A DNA stretch of 47,344 nucleotides from Selaginella moellendorffii (lineage: Eukaryota; Plantae; Lycopodiophyta). Positions 1 to 11,637 of the stretch are shown here, piece after piece; within the stretch, counting starts at the first letter, position 1, and every line of letters begins with the position of its first letter. Position numbers and translations under genes: made by a program. The notes beneath the pieces were generated by a model that saw only the letters and a program-made list of their open reading frames with translations, was not told where the DNA came from and did no database searches. The stretch is from assembly GCF_000143415.4 (NCBI RefSeq), contig NW_003314372.1:74609-121952 (forward strand), written 5' to 3'.

Positions 1-1060
1 GCTCATTGACTTTATAGTCAATAATGGTCAAAACGGGAAAGCCTCAATCAACATGAAAGTCCTTTTGTCCATCCTCAACCTCAATGTTGTGAGCTCGATC
101 ACGTTTGGGAGAGAATTCACGCTGGCTCCGTGGAGGTGATCGAAGAAGTAATGCGGCTGATGGGCTCGTTTGTGTTGGGCGACTGCTTTCCATTCCTCTC
201 GTGGCTTGGCAGCCCCGTGATCCGAAAGATGATCTCGGCTCACACGAAACTGGACCAGCTTTTGCAAGAGATCGTGGACGAGCACAAGTCTAAATTCAAG
301 TCATCAGAGCGTGCGGGTGACTTTGTTGACGTGCTTTTGTCATTGGAAGACCAAGGAGAAATTGACGTTCAATGCGTGAAAGCAATGATCATGGTAAGTT
401 TAATTTCCTTTGGTTATGCTAACCTTATTTTCTCTTCGCAAGGACATGATCCTTGCTGGTACTGAAACTTCGGCCATCACTACCGAGTGGGCACTTTCAG
501 AGCTCATGAACAGTCCAACATGTATGATCAAAGCCCAAAAAGAGATTGACACGATTGTGGGCCGTGAGCGGATGGTGGTGGAAGCCGATCTTTGCAAGCT
601 TAGCTACATCCACAATGTTGTCAACGAAGTGTTCCGCTTGCATCCGCCAGCGCCATTGCTACTCCCTCACCATTCAACGCAAGACTGCCTAGTCAACGGC
701 TACAAGATCCCCAAGAACTCGCGAGTTTTGGTCAACGTATGGTCAATTGCACGAGATCCAAGCTTGTGGGAGTCTCCCAATCTCTTCAAGCCGGATAGAT
801 TTGCGGAGAGCTCGATCAGCTTCAAGGGGAAGAACTTTGAGCTGCTGCCTTTTGGATCTGGTCGAAGGATCTGTCCCGGATTGTCTCTTGGCGTAGCCAT
901 GGTTTCGTACACTCTTGCTCGCCTCGTCCATGGGTTCGAGTGGAAGGTCAGTGGCAAGGAGCTGAGCATGGACGAGATCTCGGAAGGAGTGGCGGTGAGA
1001 CGAAAGGTTCCACTTGAAGTTTTTGCAACACCAAGGCTTGCAAGCCATGCCTACCTGTAA
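1..1060 (+). pseudogene. Cytochrome P450 (CYP71 clan/A-type) copy A; 5' end outside window; frameshifted
   Basis: I-helix AGTETS, EVFR, PDRF and heme motif FGSGRRICPG present. GT-AG intron 394-442 (49 nt). A 1-nt deletion at ~116 (gaattcac vs gaatttcac in copy C) shifts the frame; this could also be a sequencing error. Confidence 0.85.
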
Positions 1061-1104
1061 TGAAGTTATCTTAGAAACTAGCAAGCTGAATGGACGGACA
1101 TACC

Positions 1105-1790
1105 TCATTCTCTAATCTTCAGAAACATCCTCTTGAGCAGCCTGGCTTCTCTGGAGACCGTGTTGGAGTTCTGGCCCTCGCCGGGACTCTCCACGGATGT
1201 GTAGACAGTCTTGCCTTGGCTGTCCGCAGCATCAAGAAAGTCGTCTATGTCGGCGTATGTCGCATCCTTCAACTGCATCACGCAAACTTGAGATTAGATT
1301 TCATGAATCCGTGCCTCGTCTTTTGTTGCTTACCACGATCATCTGTTTCGCAAGGCTATCAACCAATGCAAGAAAGCAACGCTTTGCATAAAACCACGTG
1401 TCTGCTTCCAGCTTTTTCCCATAAGGCTCCAGACTTCTGATGATACGGCTAATACCGAACTCGAAGTTTTGTTTTGCGCAGTAGAGGGTACCGATAACAA
1501 GGTTTACAATGCATACATGCAATTCCTGCGGCCTCCATCTCCAGGAAGCATTCCAGGCCTACCAGCCCCGTGTGGCTCGAGGCAAACATTGCCGACATGA
1601 AGGTCAGTTGATCCGCTGGATTCTAGAAAAGGAACACGGAATTAAAACCACTCCTTAAGTTATATCTAAATGGCAAACCTCGTAGTGCGCTCTCTCTTCC
1701 TCTTTTTCAATCTTTCGCATCAAATCTTCGGCCTCTTCATTCTGCTAAAGACCAATATATTACAATTTCGTCGTACTATTTGGGAGCCAA
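1105..1790 (-). pseudogene. IFT70: IFT70/TTC30 (DYF-1/fleer) 3' fragment
   Basis: Encodes CIVNLVIGTLYCAKQNFEFGISRIIRSLEPYGKKLEADTWFYAKRCFL and a last exon ending ...REARLLKRMFLKIRE*. Inverted copy of ~6185-6781, interrupted by a foreign insert at 1530-1615. Confidence 0.85.
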
Positions 1791-2881
1791 AGGAGATGCT
1801 TACGGTTTGATGGCGAACATCCACAGCTGCCTGGCGAGATCTCCGCAGCAGTGACGGGTTTCAATTCGTGACATCACTCTCACAGGGTGTTCTGGTCTCT
1901 CGGAGACTTCTTTCTTCGACAAGGAGAGGCTGGGTGCTGGGCGTATGTCTACTTGCTCTTAGACGAGGAGTGAAGTGCGGCTATGGCAGCGAAGCGTGTT
2001 TCTCTCAGAGAGGATTTGGATGCCTCGGTAGAACATGTTGTGTGTGATGGATATGACGGCGTTTGTGCTCCTGGAGGATGGGTATGGCGAGGAACCTCTC
2101 CTGGCGAGGAGCTGGAAAACGTGTTGATATGGCGTCGCCTCTTGTTCCTGGCAAGGAACTGTGGGCGAGTATGAACTTCTCTTGGCAAGGAGCGCTTCTA
2201 GATGATGGGTATGGCGAGAAATGGCAGATGCTTATCGAGAGCAACATACATGGTGAATGGCGAGCAAAGGGAGCCGAGGAGCTTGGAGCGGGAGTCGTCA
2301 TAGCCCAACAGCAGGAAAATTTCAAATCGCCAATGACCGGCACCAATGACCAGCGAAGACCTACGGCGATGACCGTGAGACGACTATGACAACTGATCGA
2401 TTACCAGCAATGACCACAAGGACAAAAGTTTATAAACACGACTGCGAGACCACAAGGCCATCATCAGCCTGCCTAGGTACATGAAATTTTCCCCATCAAG
2501 ACCGGCTAATGTCTCATCAAGTTGCATCACCACCTTGCTCATATCATCATCCTGCCTTGGCTGTTACGAAACGATTGGGGCATAGCAATGTGGCTCTCTC
2601 ACGGCCCTCTTACTCACATCACCGAAAGGGGACAGGTGGCAGAACAGGATGATCGTATGCAAAACACGACCCAGTACAACTAAAATGTTCCCGGTGGATC
2701 ACTTTGCGGTGCCTTCCGGTTCTCTGGGGTGCCAACCCCATATTAAACTTGGGAACAAGGCACAGAATCTTCCTTGTCCTCACTGGCTACTCCTCATCAT
2801 GCACCAAGAGGCCAGGTGTTCTTGCGAATGGAATCGGAATGACGTGATCGAAGGATGCCTCTCTAGGGCACACACCATCAG

Positions 2882-3104
2882 CACGGGAGTCCCAATCGCA
2901 AGCATTCACCAGTTGGACTATGATGGTGGTGCGTTGCTAGGAACCCCCACGCCTCCCAGCTACCAACAATGGAGGAGGCCGGCAGCTTTACCACGGGAGT
3001 CCCAATCGCAAGCATTCACCAGTTGGACTATGATGGTGGTGCGTTGCTAGGAACCCCCACGCCTCCCAGCTACCAACAATGGAGGAGGCCGGCAGCTTTA
3101 CCAC
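2882..3104. repeat. Tandem duplication, 2 x 110 bp
   Basis: cacgggagtcccaatcgcaagc...ggcagctttac begins at 2882 and again at 2992. Confidence 0.95.
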
Positions 3105-3304
3105 GCGACAACCAAACAGCCAACGGCCCCAGACGATCATCATCAGCAATGCTCATACCATCAATCCCACCAAGTCTCGACAGCATGGGAAAGACACCAC
3201 TACAGATCCCAATACGCTGAAGAAGACCTGGAACACCAACGGCTGCATTCCGAGAGTGCAGTGTGTCGCCCAAGTGTTGGATCTTCTGACCCCCACGAGA
3301 TTCG

Positions 3305-3966
3305 AGTTTCGAGTGAGCCGAGATCATCTTTCGGATCAGGCTGCCAAGCCACGAGAGGAATGGAAAGCAGTCGCCCTACACAAACAAGCCCATCAGCTGC
3401 ATTACTTCTTCCATCAGCTCCACAGAGCCAGTGTGACATTCTCTCCCAAACGTGATCAAGCTCACAACATTGAGGTTGAGGATGGAGAAAAGGAATCTCA
3501 TGTCGATTGAGGCTTTCCCGTTTTGACCATTATTGACTATAAAGTCCATGAGCTTCGAAACTTGCGTGTGCCTCACCATTCTGGATTCCTCGAGCCTTTT
3601 TGCAGTGAAGAGTTCCACAGTGGTGACCTTCCTCATCAATCTCCAATAGGGACCATAGCTGGTCCAGCCCAAGTCCTTACTTAAAGCAAAGGCAAGATCT
3701 TGAGTGCACAGAACTTCTCTTGCAGCATCTGGGGAAGAGACCACAAGCGTTGGAGCAAAACCAAACCAGAGCAACATGACGGGGCCATATCTACTTGAGA
3801 GATCCGAGAGAGATTTGTGAGGAAGAACACCCAGCAAATGCAAGTGACCCAGAAGCGGCACTCTAGGCGGGCCTGGAGGAAGGCTTCGATCAACAATTTT
3901 CGTTAGAATCCTCCACAGAAGACCGAAAGACAGTGTAAGCAAGAACAGAGCTATAATACTTGCCAT
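3305..3966 (-). pseudogene. P450 copy B, 5' fragment
   Basis: ATG at 3966 (MASIIALFLL...PPGPP). In-frame deletion (FALSKDLGW vs FASRPNISITKYMFYNGKDLGW), premature TAG at ~3376, truncated at ~3305. Confidence 0.9.
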
Positions 3967-4728
3967 GGGTAATTTTACACACCAGTGTGTAGTAAGAGAT
4001 AGCTTCCTCCTGCACGATTTTACAATTGACATCTTTGTATTTATGCAAGGAAGTCAATAGCGGGTCTGCCTCCATGCATTTCTTATCACAAATAGAGCTG
4101 GCATTGGTTGCAACATACGTTCTTCTCTATGTTTTTCTTCTTCTTCTTCTTCTGGTTATGAGTGGTTTCATGTATATCCGTTTCAGCTTGTGTTGATCTT
4201 GGGGCTCAAGCAACCCCTTTTGATGGATCGAAGCCCTTATCTTTGAGCTTTTAGACAGATCGGACTCACTCAAGGTCGAATTGGAATTACATCATATCCA
4301 GGGTCCCCACTGTGATTTTGTAACACCATCTCCGACTTGCTACCGAAGGTGTCATTGGTATTCAGGAGAAGGTGAGTAGGTATGTGCAAGATGCTCCTCC
4401 GAATCTTCTGTATATCAATGCTACTTTTTGTGTTAAGCCTTATTCATGTGGCTGTAACATGACCTGTAGACCAAACTTATAATCACAAACTGCTTGCCAT
4501 AGGAAATTCAATCTCAAAGTGAATCCTACTATGCATGTAGCTTAGTTCAAATCGAAGTTGAGATAAATCTTCTAAGTGTGTGGGCTTTTTAATTTACAAT
4601 CCTCACCATTGTGATTGGAAAGAAAATGCTCCACGGGTAATGACCAAACACAAGTATCCCAGATCAGAACATGGTATCATGCGTTCCTCGAAGGATTGTT
4701 GGCACATCAAAACTGGTACAGCTTGAGC

Positions 4729-6781
4729 TGACCTGCAACAGAGCTGTTTGTCTTTACCGTCTAAAGCATTACGGTCCAGGTAATGTTATTCTTGGACAAT
4801 CAATGAACGAATTTTCCTTACGTTAGTTTGCAGCTCTTAGTGTTCTTGCAGAAATTCTGGAACATGGAGTGCGATAGTATCCCGAGCTCAGCATTGGTAG
4901 GTATGCTCTTTGTCACCACATTAGTTGCTTTTGCATATATTCTAGACTATGCATTTTCTGTTTGTAAAGCCACGTAGAGGGCATTGAGCTATGTAGTGTT
5001 GGAAACAGCCCAGCGCTCAAAGAATCTGTATTAGTCGCTTTCAACTTGAAGGTCCGATCAAAATTCTTTTTGACTCACTTGATTTAGTTCTTTGTTTAGG
5101 CTGCCATTGACTACGTCAATGGAAATTTAGAGGCCGCAAAGGAAAACCTCACTGACATGCCACCACGTGTAGAAGAAGAGTTAGACTCGGTACATTCTGA
5201 TCCTTTCGCTAAGTTGTTTATTTTTGTTTTTTCTTTCCTCAGGTCACGCTTCACAATCAAGCCCTGATGAATATGGAAGTTGATCCTACTGCAGGCTTCC
5301 GTAAACTTAATTTTTTGTTGCAGGTAGATATTTTTATTCTTTTATGATTATTCTGACCACTCGCTATAGAATCCTTCATTTCCTTCAGAGACATTGGCTA
5401 ATCTACTTCTGCTGTATTGTAAACCTTCCCATGGATTCTACGACCTTGCTGCTGATGTAATGGCAGAGCATGCGGAAGTTATCTTCAAGTATCTATTGAA
5501 GCACATAAACTTCACAAGCATTAGTCTTTTTACATCAAATATTATGCAGGACCTCTACGACTTTATTAACTGCATCATTTTGACAAAGACGTCACCGGAG
5601 GTTGTTCAATTATTGTTAGTTGTGATGTTGTTGAGCTAAGCTTGACTATCGGACAGGATACATATCAAAAGATGAATGAGCTGGCAAATCGTTATAGTGA
5701 AACCATGCGCAGGCTCACCAAACAAATCCAGGATTCTTGTCTTTCTCGTGATCAGGAGGGCCACAAGAAGGCTTTGGCAGAGTATGAAGACTCTCTTGAG
5801 GTAAGATGTTCGTAATGTTTTGTCTTTTGCTTTTCGAGCATCGGCTCTTCTATAGTATTATATACCTATCATCATGGCAATTGCAAAGCTTTTCTGGGAC
5901 AAAGAAAATTACGTGCAAGTAGAGCGTTTTTTCCACCAGTCAGCAGACTTGTGTTCGGATCATCCTTTTTGGCGACTGAATGTCGCTCACACTTTCTTTA
6001 TGCAGGTGAGCTAATCATATTTGCTATCTATGCTCATGGTGCATCTAACAGGATAATCGCTACAGAAGCAATCCATTTCTATGAACCGATTGTAAAGAAA
6101 GCGGGAGATGACATTCTCAGTGTCACAGCAATTGTGCTCGCGAATCTCTGCGTTTCATACATTATGACCAGCCAGGTACTTTAAACAAATAGTACGACGA
6201 AATTGTAATATATTGGTCTTTAGCAGAATGAAGAGGCCGAAGATTTGATGCGAAAGATTGAAAAAGAGGAAGAGAGAGCGCACTACAAGGTTTGCCATTT
6301 ACATATAACTTAAGCGGCTACTAGTGGTTTTAATTCCGTGTTCCTTTTCTAGAATCCAGACAAGCAGGAATTGCATTTATGCATTGTAAACCTTGTGATC
6401 GGTACCCTCTACTGCGAAAACAAATCTTCGAGTTCGGTATTAGCCGTATTATCAGAAGTCTGGAGCCTTATGGGAAAAAGCTGGAAGCAGACACGTGGTT
6501 TTATGCAAAGCGTTGCTTTCTTGCATTGGTCGATAGCCTTGCGAAACAGATGATCGTAGTAAGCAACAAAAGACGGGATTCATGAAATCTAATCTCGAGC
6601 TTGCGTGATGCAGTTGAAGAATGCGACATACGCCGACATAGACGACTTTCTTGATGCTGCGGACAGCCAAGGCAAGACTGTCTACACATCCGTGGAGAGT
6701 CCCGGCGAGGGCCAGAACTCCAACACGGTCTCCAGAGAAGCCAGGCTGCTCAAGAGGATGTTTCTGAAGATTAGAGAATGA
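4729..6781 (+). pseudogene. IFT70: IFT70/TTC30 intraflagellar transport gene, 5'-truncated multi-exon pseudogene
   Basis: Exons translate to ALSVLAEILEHGVR*YPELSIG, AAKENLTDMPPRVEEELDS/VTLHNQALMNM, ETLANLLLLYCKPSHGFYDLAADVMAEH, AIVLANLCVSYIMTSQ, HLCIVNLVIGTLYC and ...EARLLKRMFLKIRE* (TGA 6779-6781). In-frame TAG at 4875-4877 (CAG in the copy at ~9195); frameshift at ~6416. Confidence 0.88.
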
Positions 6782-6825
6782 GGTATGTCCGTCCATTCAG
6801 CTTGCTAGTTTCTAAGATAACTTCA

Positions 6826-8334
6826 TTACAGGTAGTGGCTTGCAAGCCTTGGTGTTGCAAAAACTTCAAGTGGAACCTTTCGTCTCACCGCCACCCCTTC
6901 CGAGATCTCGTCCATGCTCAGCTCCTTGCCACTGACCTTCCACTCGAACCCATGGACGAGGCGAGCAAGAGTGTACGAAACCATGGCTACGCCAAGAGAC
7001 AATCCGGGACAGATCCTTCGACCAGATCCAAAAGGCAGCAGCTCAAAGTTCTTCCCCTTGAAGCTGATCGAGCTCTCCGCAAATCTATCCGGGTTGAAGA
7101 GATTGGGAGACTCCCACAAGCTTGGATCTCGTGCAATTGACCATACGTTGACCAAAACTCGCGAGTTCTTGGGGATCTTGTAACCGTTGACTAGGCAGTC
7201 TTGCGTTGAATGGTGAGGGAGTAGCATTGGCGCTGGCGGATGCAAGCGGAACACTTCGTTGACAACATTGTGGATGTAGCTAAGCTTGCAAAGATCGGCT
7301 TCCACCACCATCCACTCACGGCCCACAATTGTGTCAATCTCTTTTTGGGCTTTGATCATACATGTTGGACTGTTCATGAGCTCTGAAAGTGCCCACTCGG
7401 TAGTGATGGCCGAAGTTTCAGTACCAGCAATGATCATGTCCTTGCGAAGAGAAAATAAGGTTAGCATACCAAAGGAAATTAAACTTACCATGATCATTGC
7501 TTTCACGCATTGAACGTCAATTTCTCCTTGGTCTTCCAATGACAAAAGCACGTCAACAAAGTCACGCGCACGCTCTGATGACTTGAATTTAGACTTGTGC
7601 TCGTCCACGATCTCTTGCAAAAGCTGGTCCAGTTTCGTGTGAGCCGAGATCATCTTTCGGATCACGGGGCTGCCAAGCCACGAGAGGAATGGAAAGCAGT
7701 CGCCCAACACAAACGAGTCCATCAGCCGCATTACTTCTTCGATCAGCTCCACAGAGCCAGCGTGAAATTCTCTCCCCAACGTGATCGAGCTCACAACATT
7801 GAGGTTGAGGATGGACAAAAGGAATTTCATGTTGATTGAGGCTTTCCCGTTTTGACCATTATTGACTATAAAGTCAATGAGCTTCGAAACTTGCGTGTGC
7901 CTCACCATTCTGGATTCCTCGAGCCTTTTTGCAGTGAAGAGTTCCACAGTGGTGACCTTCCTCATCAATCTCCAATAGGGACCATAGCTGGTCCATCCCA
8001 AGTCCTTACCATTGTAGAACATGTACTTGGTTATAGATATGTTTGGCCTTGAAGCAAAGGCAAGATCTTGAGTGCACAGAACTTCTCTTGCAGCATCTGG
8101 GGAAGAGACCACAAGCGTTGGAGCAAAACCAAACCAGAGCAACATGACGGGGCCATATCTACTTGAGAGATCCGAGAGAGATTTGTGAGGAAGAACACCC
8201 AGCAAATGCAAGTGACCCAGAAGCGGCACTCTAGGCGGGCCTGGAGGAAGGCTTCGATCAACAATTTTCGTTAGAATCCTCCATAGAAGACCAAAAGACA
8301 GTGTAAGCAAGAACAGAGCTACAATACTTGCCAT
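6826..8334 (-). CDS. Cytochrome P450 (CYP71 clan) copy C, apparently intact, ~486 aa after splicing
   Basis: N-terminal membrane anchor, PPGPP hinge, WRLMRK, AGTETS, EVFR, PDRF, FGSGRRICPG. Single GT-AG intron 7441-7488 (48 nt) just before the I-helix, the conserved A-type P450 position. Confidence 0.93.
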   Translation of the reverse strand: MASIVALFLLTLSFGLLWRILTKIVDRSLPPGPPRVPLLGHLHLLGVLPHKSLSDLSSRYGPVMLLWFGFAPTLVVSSPDAAREVLCTQDLAFASRPNISITKYMFYNGKDLGWTSYGPYWRLMRKVTTVELFTAKRLEESRMVRHTQVSKLIDFIVNNGQNGKASINMKFLLSILNLNVVSSITLGREFHAGSVELIEEVMRLMDSFVLGDCFPFLSWLGSPVIRKMISAHTKLDQLLQEIVDEHKSKFKSSERARDFVDVLLSLEDQGEIDVQCVKAMIMVSLISFGMLTLFSLRKDMIIAGTETSAITTEWALSELMNSPTCMIKAQKEIDTIVGREWMVVEADLCKLSYIHNVVNEVFRLHPPAPMLLPHHSTQDCLVNGYKIPKNSRVLVNVWSIARDPSLWESPNLFNPDRFAESSISFKGKNFELLPFGSGRRICPGLSLGVAMVSYTLARLVHGFEWKVSGKELSMDEISEGVAVRRKVPLEVFATPRLASHYL

Positions 8335-9056
8335 GGATAATTTTACACACCAGTGTGTGCAATCTACTTATAGTAAGAGATAGCTTCCTCCTGCACGATT
8401 TTACGATTGACATCTTTGTATTTATGCAAGGAAGTCAACAAAGGGTCTCCCTCATGCATTTCTTATCTGTTCATTCTTCTCGTCCTCAAATACTTTTCAC
8501 TAGGATACGATCTTTGTCACTACATTACGTTGGCTTTGGTTGCAACATACGTTCCTCTCGATGTTCTTCGTTTCTTTCTTCTTCTTTGGTTTTGATGAAT
8601 CGAAACCCTTATCTTTGAGCTTTTACGGACAGATCGCTGAGGGTCGGATTGGAATTACATCATATCCGGGGTGGATTGTGAATCTGATTTTGTAACGCCA
8701 TCTACGACTTGCTACCAAAGGTGTCATTGATATTCAGGTGAAGGTAAGTAGGTATGTGCTAGATGCTCCTCAATGCTATTTTTTGTGTCAAGCCTCCTTG
8801 GAAAAACTGTAGACCGAACTTATAATCACAAATTGCAAAGTGAATGCTATAATGCGTGTAGCTTAGTTCAAATCGAAGTTGAGATAAAATCTCCAAGTGT
8901 GTGGGCTTTTTAATTTAGAATCCTCACCATTGTGATTGGAAAGAAAATACTCCGCAGGTAATGACCAAACACAAGTATCCCAGATCAGAACATGGTATCA
9001 TGCGTTTCTCGAAGGCCTGATGGCACATCAAAACTGGCACAGCTTGAGCTGGATTA

Positions 9057-9262
9057 GAACAGAGCTGTTTGTCTTTACCGTCTAAAGCATTACGGTCCAG
9101 GTAATGTTATTCTTGGACAATCAATGAACGAATTTTCCTTACGTTAGTTTGCAGCTCTTAGTGTTCTTGCAGAAATTCTGGAACATGGAGTGCGACAGTA
9201 TCCCGAACTCAGCATTGGTAGGTATGCTCTTTGTCACCACATTAGTTGCTTTTGCATATATT
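9057..9262 (+). pseudogene. IFT70: IFT70 small fragment (two partial exons)
   Basis: Near-identical to 4737-4942 (CLYRLKHYGP / ALSVLAEILEHGVRQYPELSIG). Confidence 0.8.
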
Positions 9263-9701
9263 CTTGCGTGTGCCTCACCATTCTTGATTCCTCGAGCCTT
9301 TTTGCAGTGAAGAGTTCCACAGTGGTGACCTTCCTCATCAATCTCCAATAGGGACCATAGCTGGTCCATGCCAAGTCCTTGTAGAACATGTACTTGGCTA
9401 AAGATATGTTTGGCCTTGAAGCAAAGGCAAGATCTTGAGTGCACAGAACTTCTCTTGCAGCATCTGGGGAAGAGACCACAAGCGTTGGAGCAAACCCAAA
9501 CCAGAGCAACATGACGGGGCCATATCTACTTGAGAGATCCGAGAGAGATTTGTGAGGAAGAACACCCAGCAAATGCAAGTGACCCAGAAGCGGCACTCTA
9601 GGCGGGCCTGGAGGAAGGCTTCGATCAACAATTTTCGTTAGAATCCTCCATAGAAGACCGAAAGAGAGTGTAAGCAAGGACAGAGCTACAATACTTGCCA
9701 T
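9263..9701 (-). pseudogene. P450 copy D, 5' fragment (~146 codons) fused to IFT70 sequence
   Basis: Matches the copy C N-terminus up to ...RMVRHTQ, then runs into antisense IFT70 sequence. Confidence 0.9.
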
Positions 9702-10356
9702 GGGTAATTTTTTACACCAGTGTATGCAATCTACTTATAGTAAGAGATAGCTTCCTCCTGCACGATTTTACAATTGACATCTTTGTATTTATGCAAGGAA
9801 GTCAATAGAGGGTCTGCCTCCATGCATTTCTTATCACAAATAGAGCTGGCATTGGTTGCAACATACGTTTCTTCTCTATGTTTTTCTTCTTCTTCTGGTT
9901 ATGAGTGGTTTCATGTATATCCGTTTCAGCTTGTGTTGATCTTGGGGCTCAAGCAACCCCTGGTTTTGATGGATCGAAACCCTTATCTTTGAGCTTTTAC
10001 GGACAGATCGGACTCACTCAGGGTCGGACTGGAATTACATCATATCAGGGTAATCTGGGGACCACCGTGATTTTGTAACACCACTACGACTTGCTACCAA
10101 AGGTGTCATTGATATTCAGGAGAAGGTGAGTAGGTATGTGCAAGATGCTCCTCCGAATCTTCTGTATATCAATGCTACTTTTTGTGTTAAGCCTTAGTCA
10201 TGTGGCTGTAACATGACCTGTAGACCAAACTTATAATCACAAATTGCTTGCCATAGGAAATTCAATCTCAAAGTGAATCCTACTATGCATGTAGCTTAGT
10301 TCAAATCGAAGTTAAGATAAATCCTCTAAGTGTGTGGGCTTTGAATTTACAATCCT

Positions 10357-10840
10357 CACCATTGTGATTGGAAAGAAAATGCTCCGCGGGTAATGACCAA
10401 ACACAAGTATCCCAGATCAGAACATGGTATCATGCGTTCCTCAAAGGCTTGTTGGCACATCAAAACTGGCACAGCTTGAGTTCGCTTGGTTCTTGTGAAA
10501 CTTCCAGAAAACACATTTGGGCCGGCTATAGTTTTCAATCCTCCGAGAGAGCCTTGTAAATGGAGCTCGGGAAAGCTAATTCCAAGCCAAACATGGTGTA
10601 TTAGCGTCCTTTGTGGGACAATTTCTCAATGTCACGCAACCTGTGGGTGACAAGAACCCATTCACATAGAACACCTGGAATTGGCTCTCCAAGCACCATG
10701 GATGTGAGTTTTGCTTCTTCTACTAGAGCAGTGACAAATACTATAAAGAAAAAAGCTTATTCATTTTTAAATATAATATTTGTTTGACTATGAAGTAAAT
10801 CAATGACAGCCTCCAATACTGCTATCTGAAGGTATTTTGT
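10357..10840 (-). pseudogene. Remnant of an unidentified multi-exon gene
   Basis: AG/GT-bounded blocks translate to FVTALVEEAKLTSMVLGEPIP and LRDIEKLSHKG/LIHHVWLGISFPELHLQGSLGGLKTIAGPNVF...FSFQSQW, with a frameshift. The 3' part is repeated at ~4605-4728 and ~8925-9050. No family recognised. Confidence 0.35.
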
Positions 10841-11334
10841 ACACAAAGAAGCTTGTTACAATAAGGCACGGGCACAGACTAGAAGAAAATTGGATTTCAA
10901 ACCAGCTTAAGTTGCGATCGTTTCAACAGTTCTTCCACTCCATCGTGGGACCTTTGCTTGTATCCTCCAAAAATTGAGAGCTTCCAACTTTAAAGAGGGT
11001 AACATGTCACCATAGTTTTTTCAGTGACGACCGGTAGCTCGATCCCCACAATTATTCTGCTACAAACACTGAAGAGATTTATCGCAGTTCATGATTCTTA
11101 CAACTAAGGTATGTCAGTGTTCTTTCCATTCTTACCATTGAGGAAAAAATTTTGTAGATCATTGATCATCAATGGCGCTCCTTTCTTTTGGTGGAGAATC
11201 GTTCTAAAGCAGTGCTCGTGTTTGTGGAGGAGATGTTTAGAAAAAAAAGAAGATGGAACGCACGCATTTTTCTACGAATTTTCTGTCGGCACTGACTGTG
11301 ACCAAAAGCGCCGGCCTTGTCTTCAATACAATGT

Positions 11335-11404
11335 GCCACGTATGATGCCAGCAGGGATTAGGGCTTGCCTCGTCGGTGCGCCAGCTAGGATATATCTGCC
11401 ACGC
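11335..11404 (-). promoter_or_regulatory. ABRE (TACGTGGC) plus coupling-element-like GCGTGGC upstream of the coiled-coil gene
   Basis: gccacgta at 11335-11342 and tgccacgc at 11397-11404, about 240-300 bp upstream of ATG 11638. Motif match only. Confidence 0.35.
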
Positions 11405-11637
11405 AAGCGCCTATGTCATTGAAAGGGCTTTGAAGGGTCTTGTTTTTCTGTGCTTCGTGGGAGGAGAGTTCTAGGCGGCTCAGCGTTGCGCGCTAGGTTT
11501 TCTAGGGATTGATTGGATCGGGAGCTGCGCCAGGGCGTGCCGCGGGCCGAGAGGTATGATCTTTTCTTTGGCACATTGACGCGCATTGATCGAGACGAGG
11601 ATTTCTTGGCCAGATTTGGGAGGAATTTCGGATTCCA

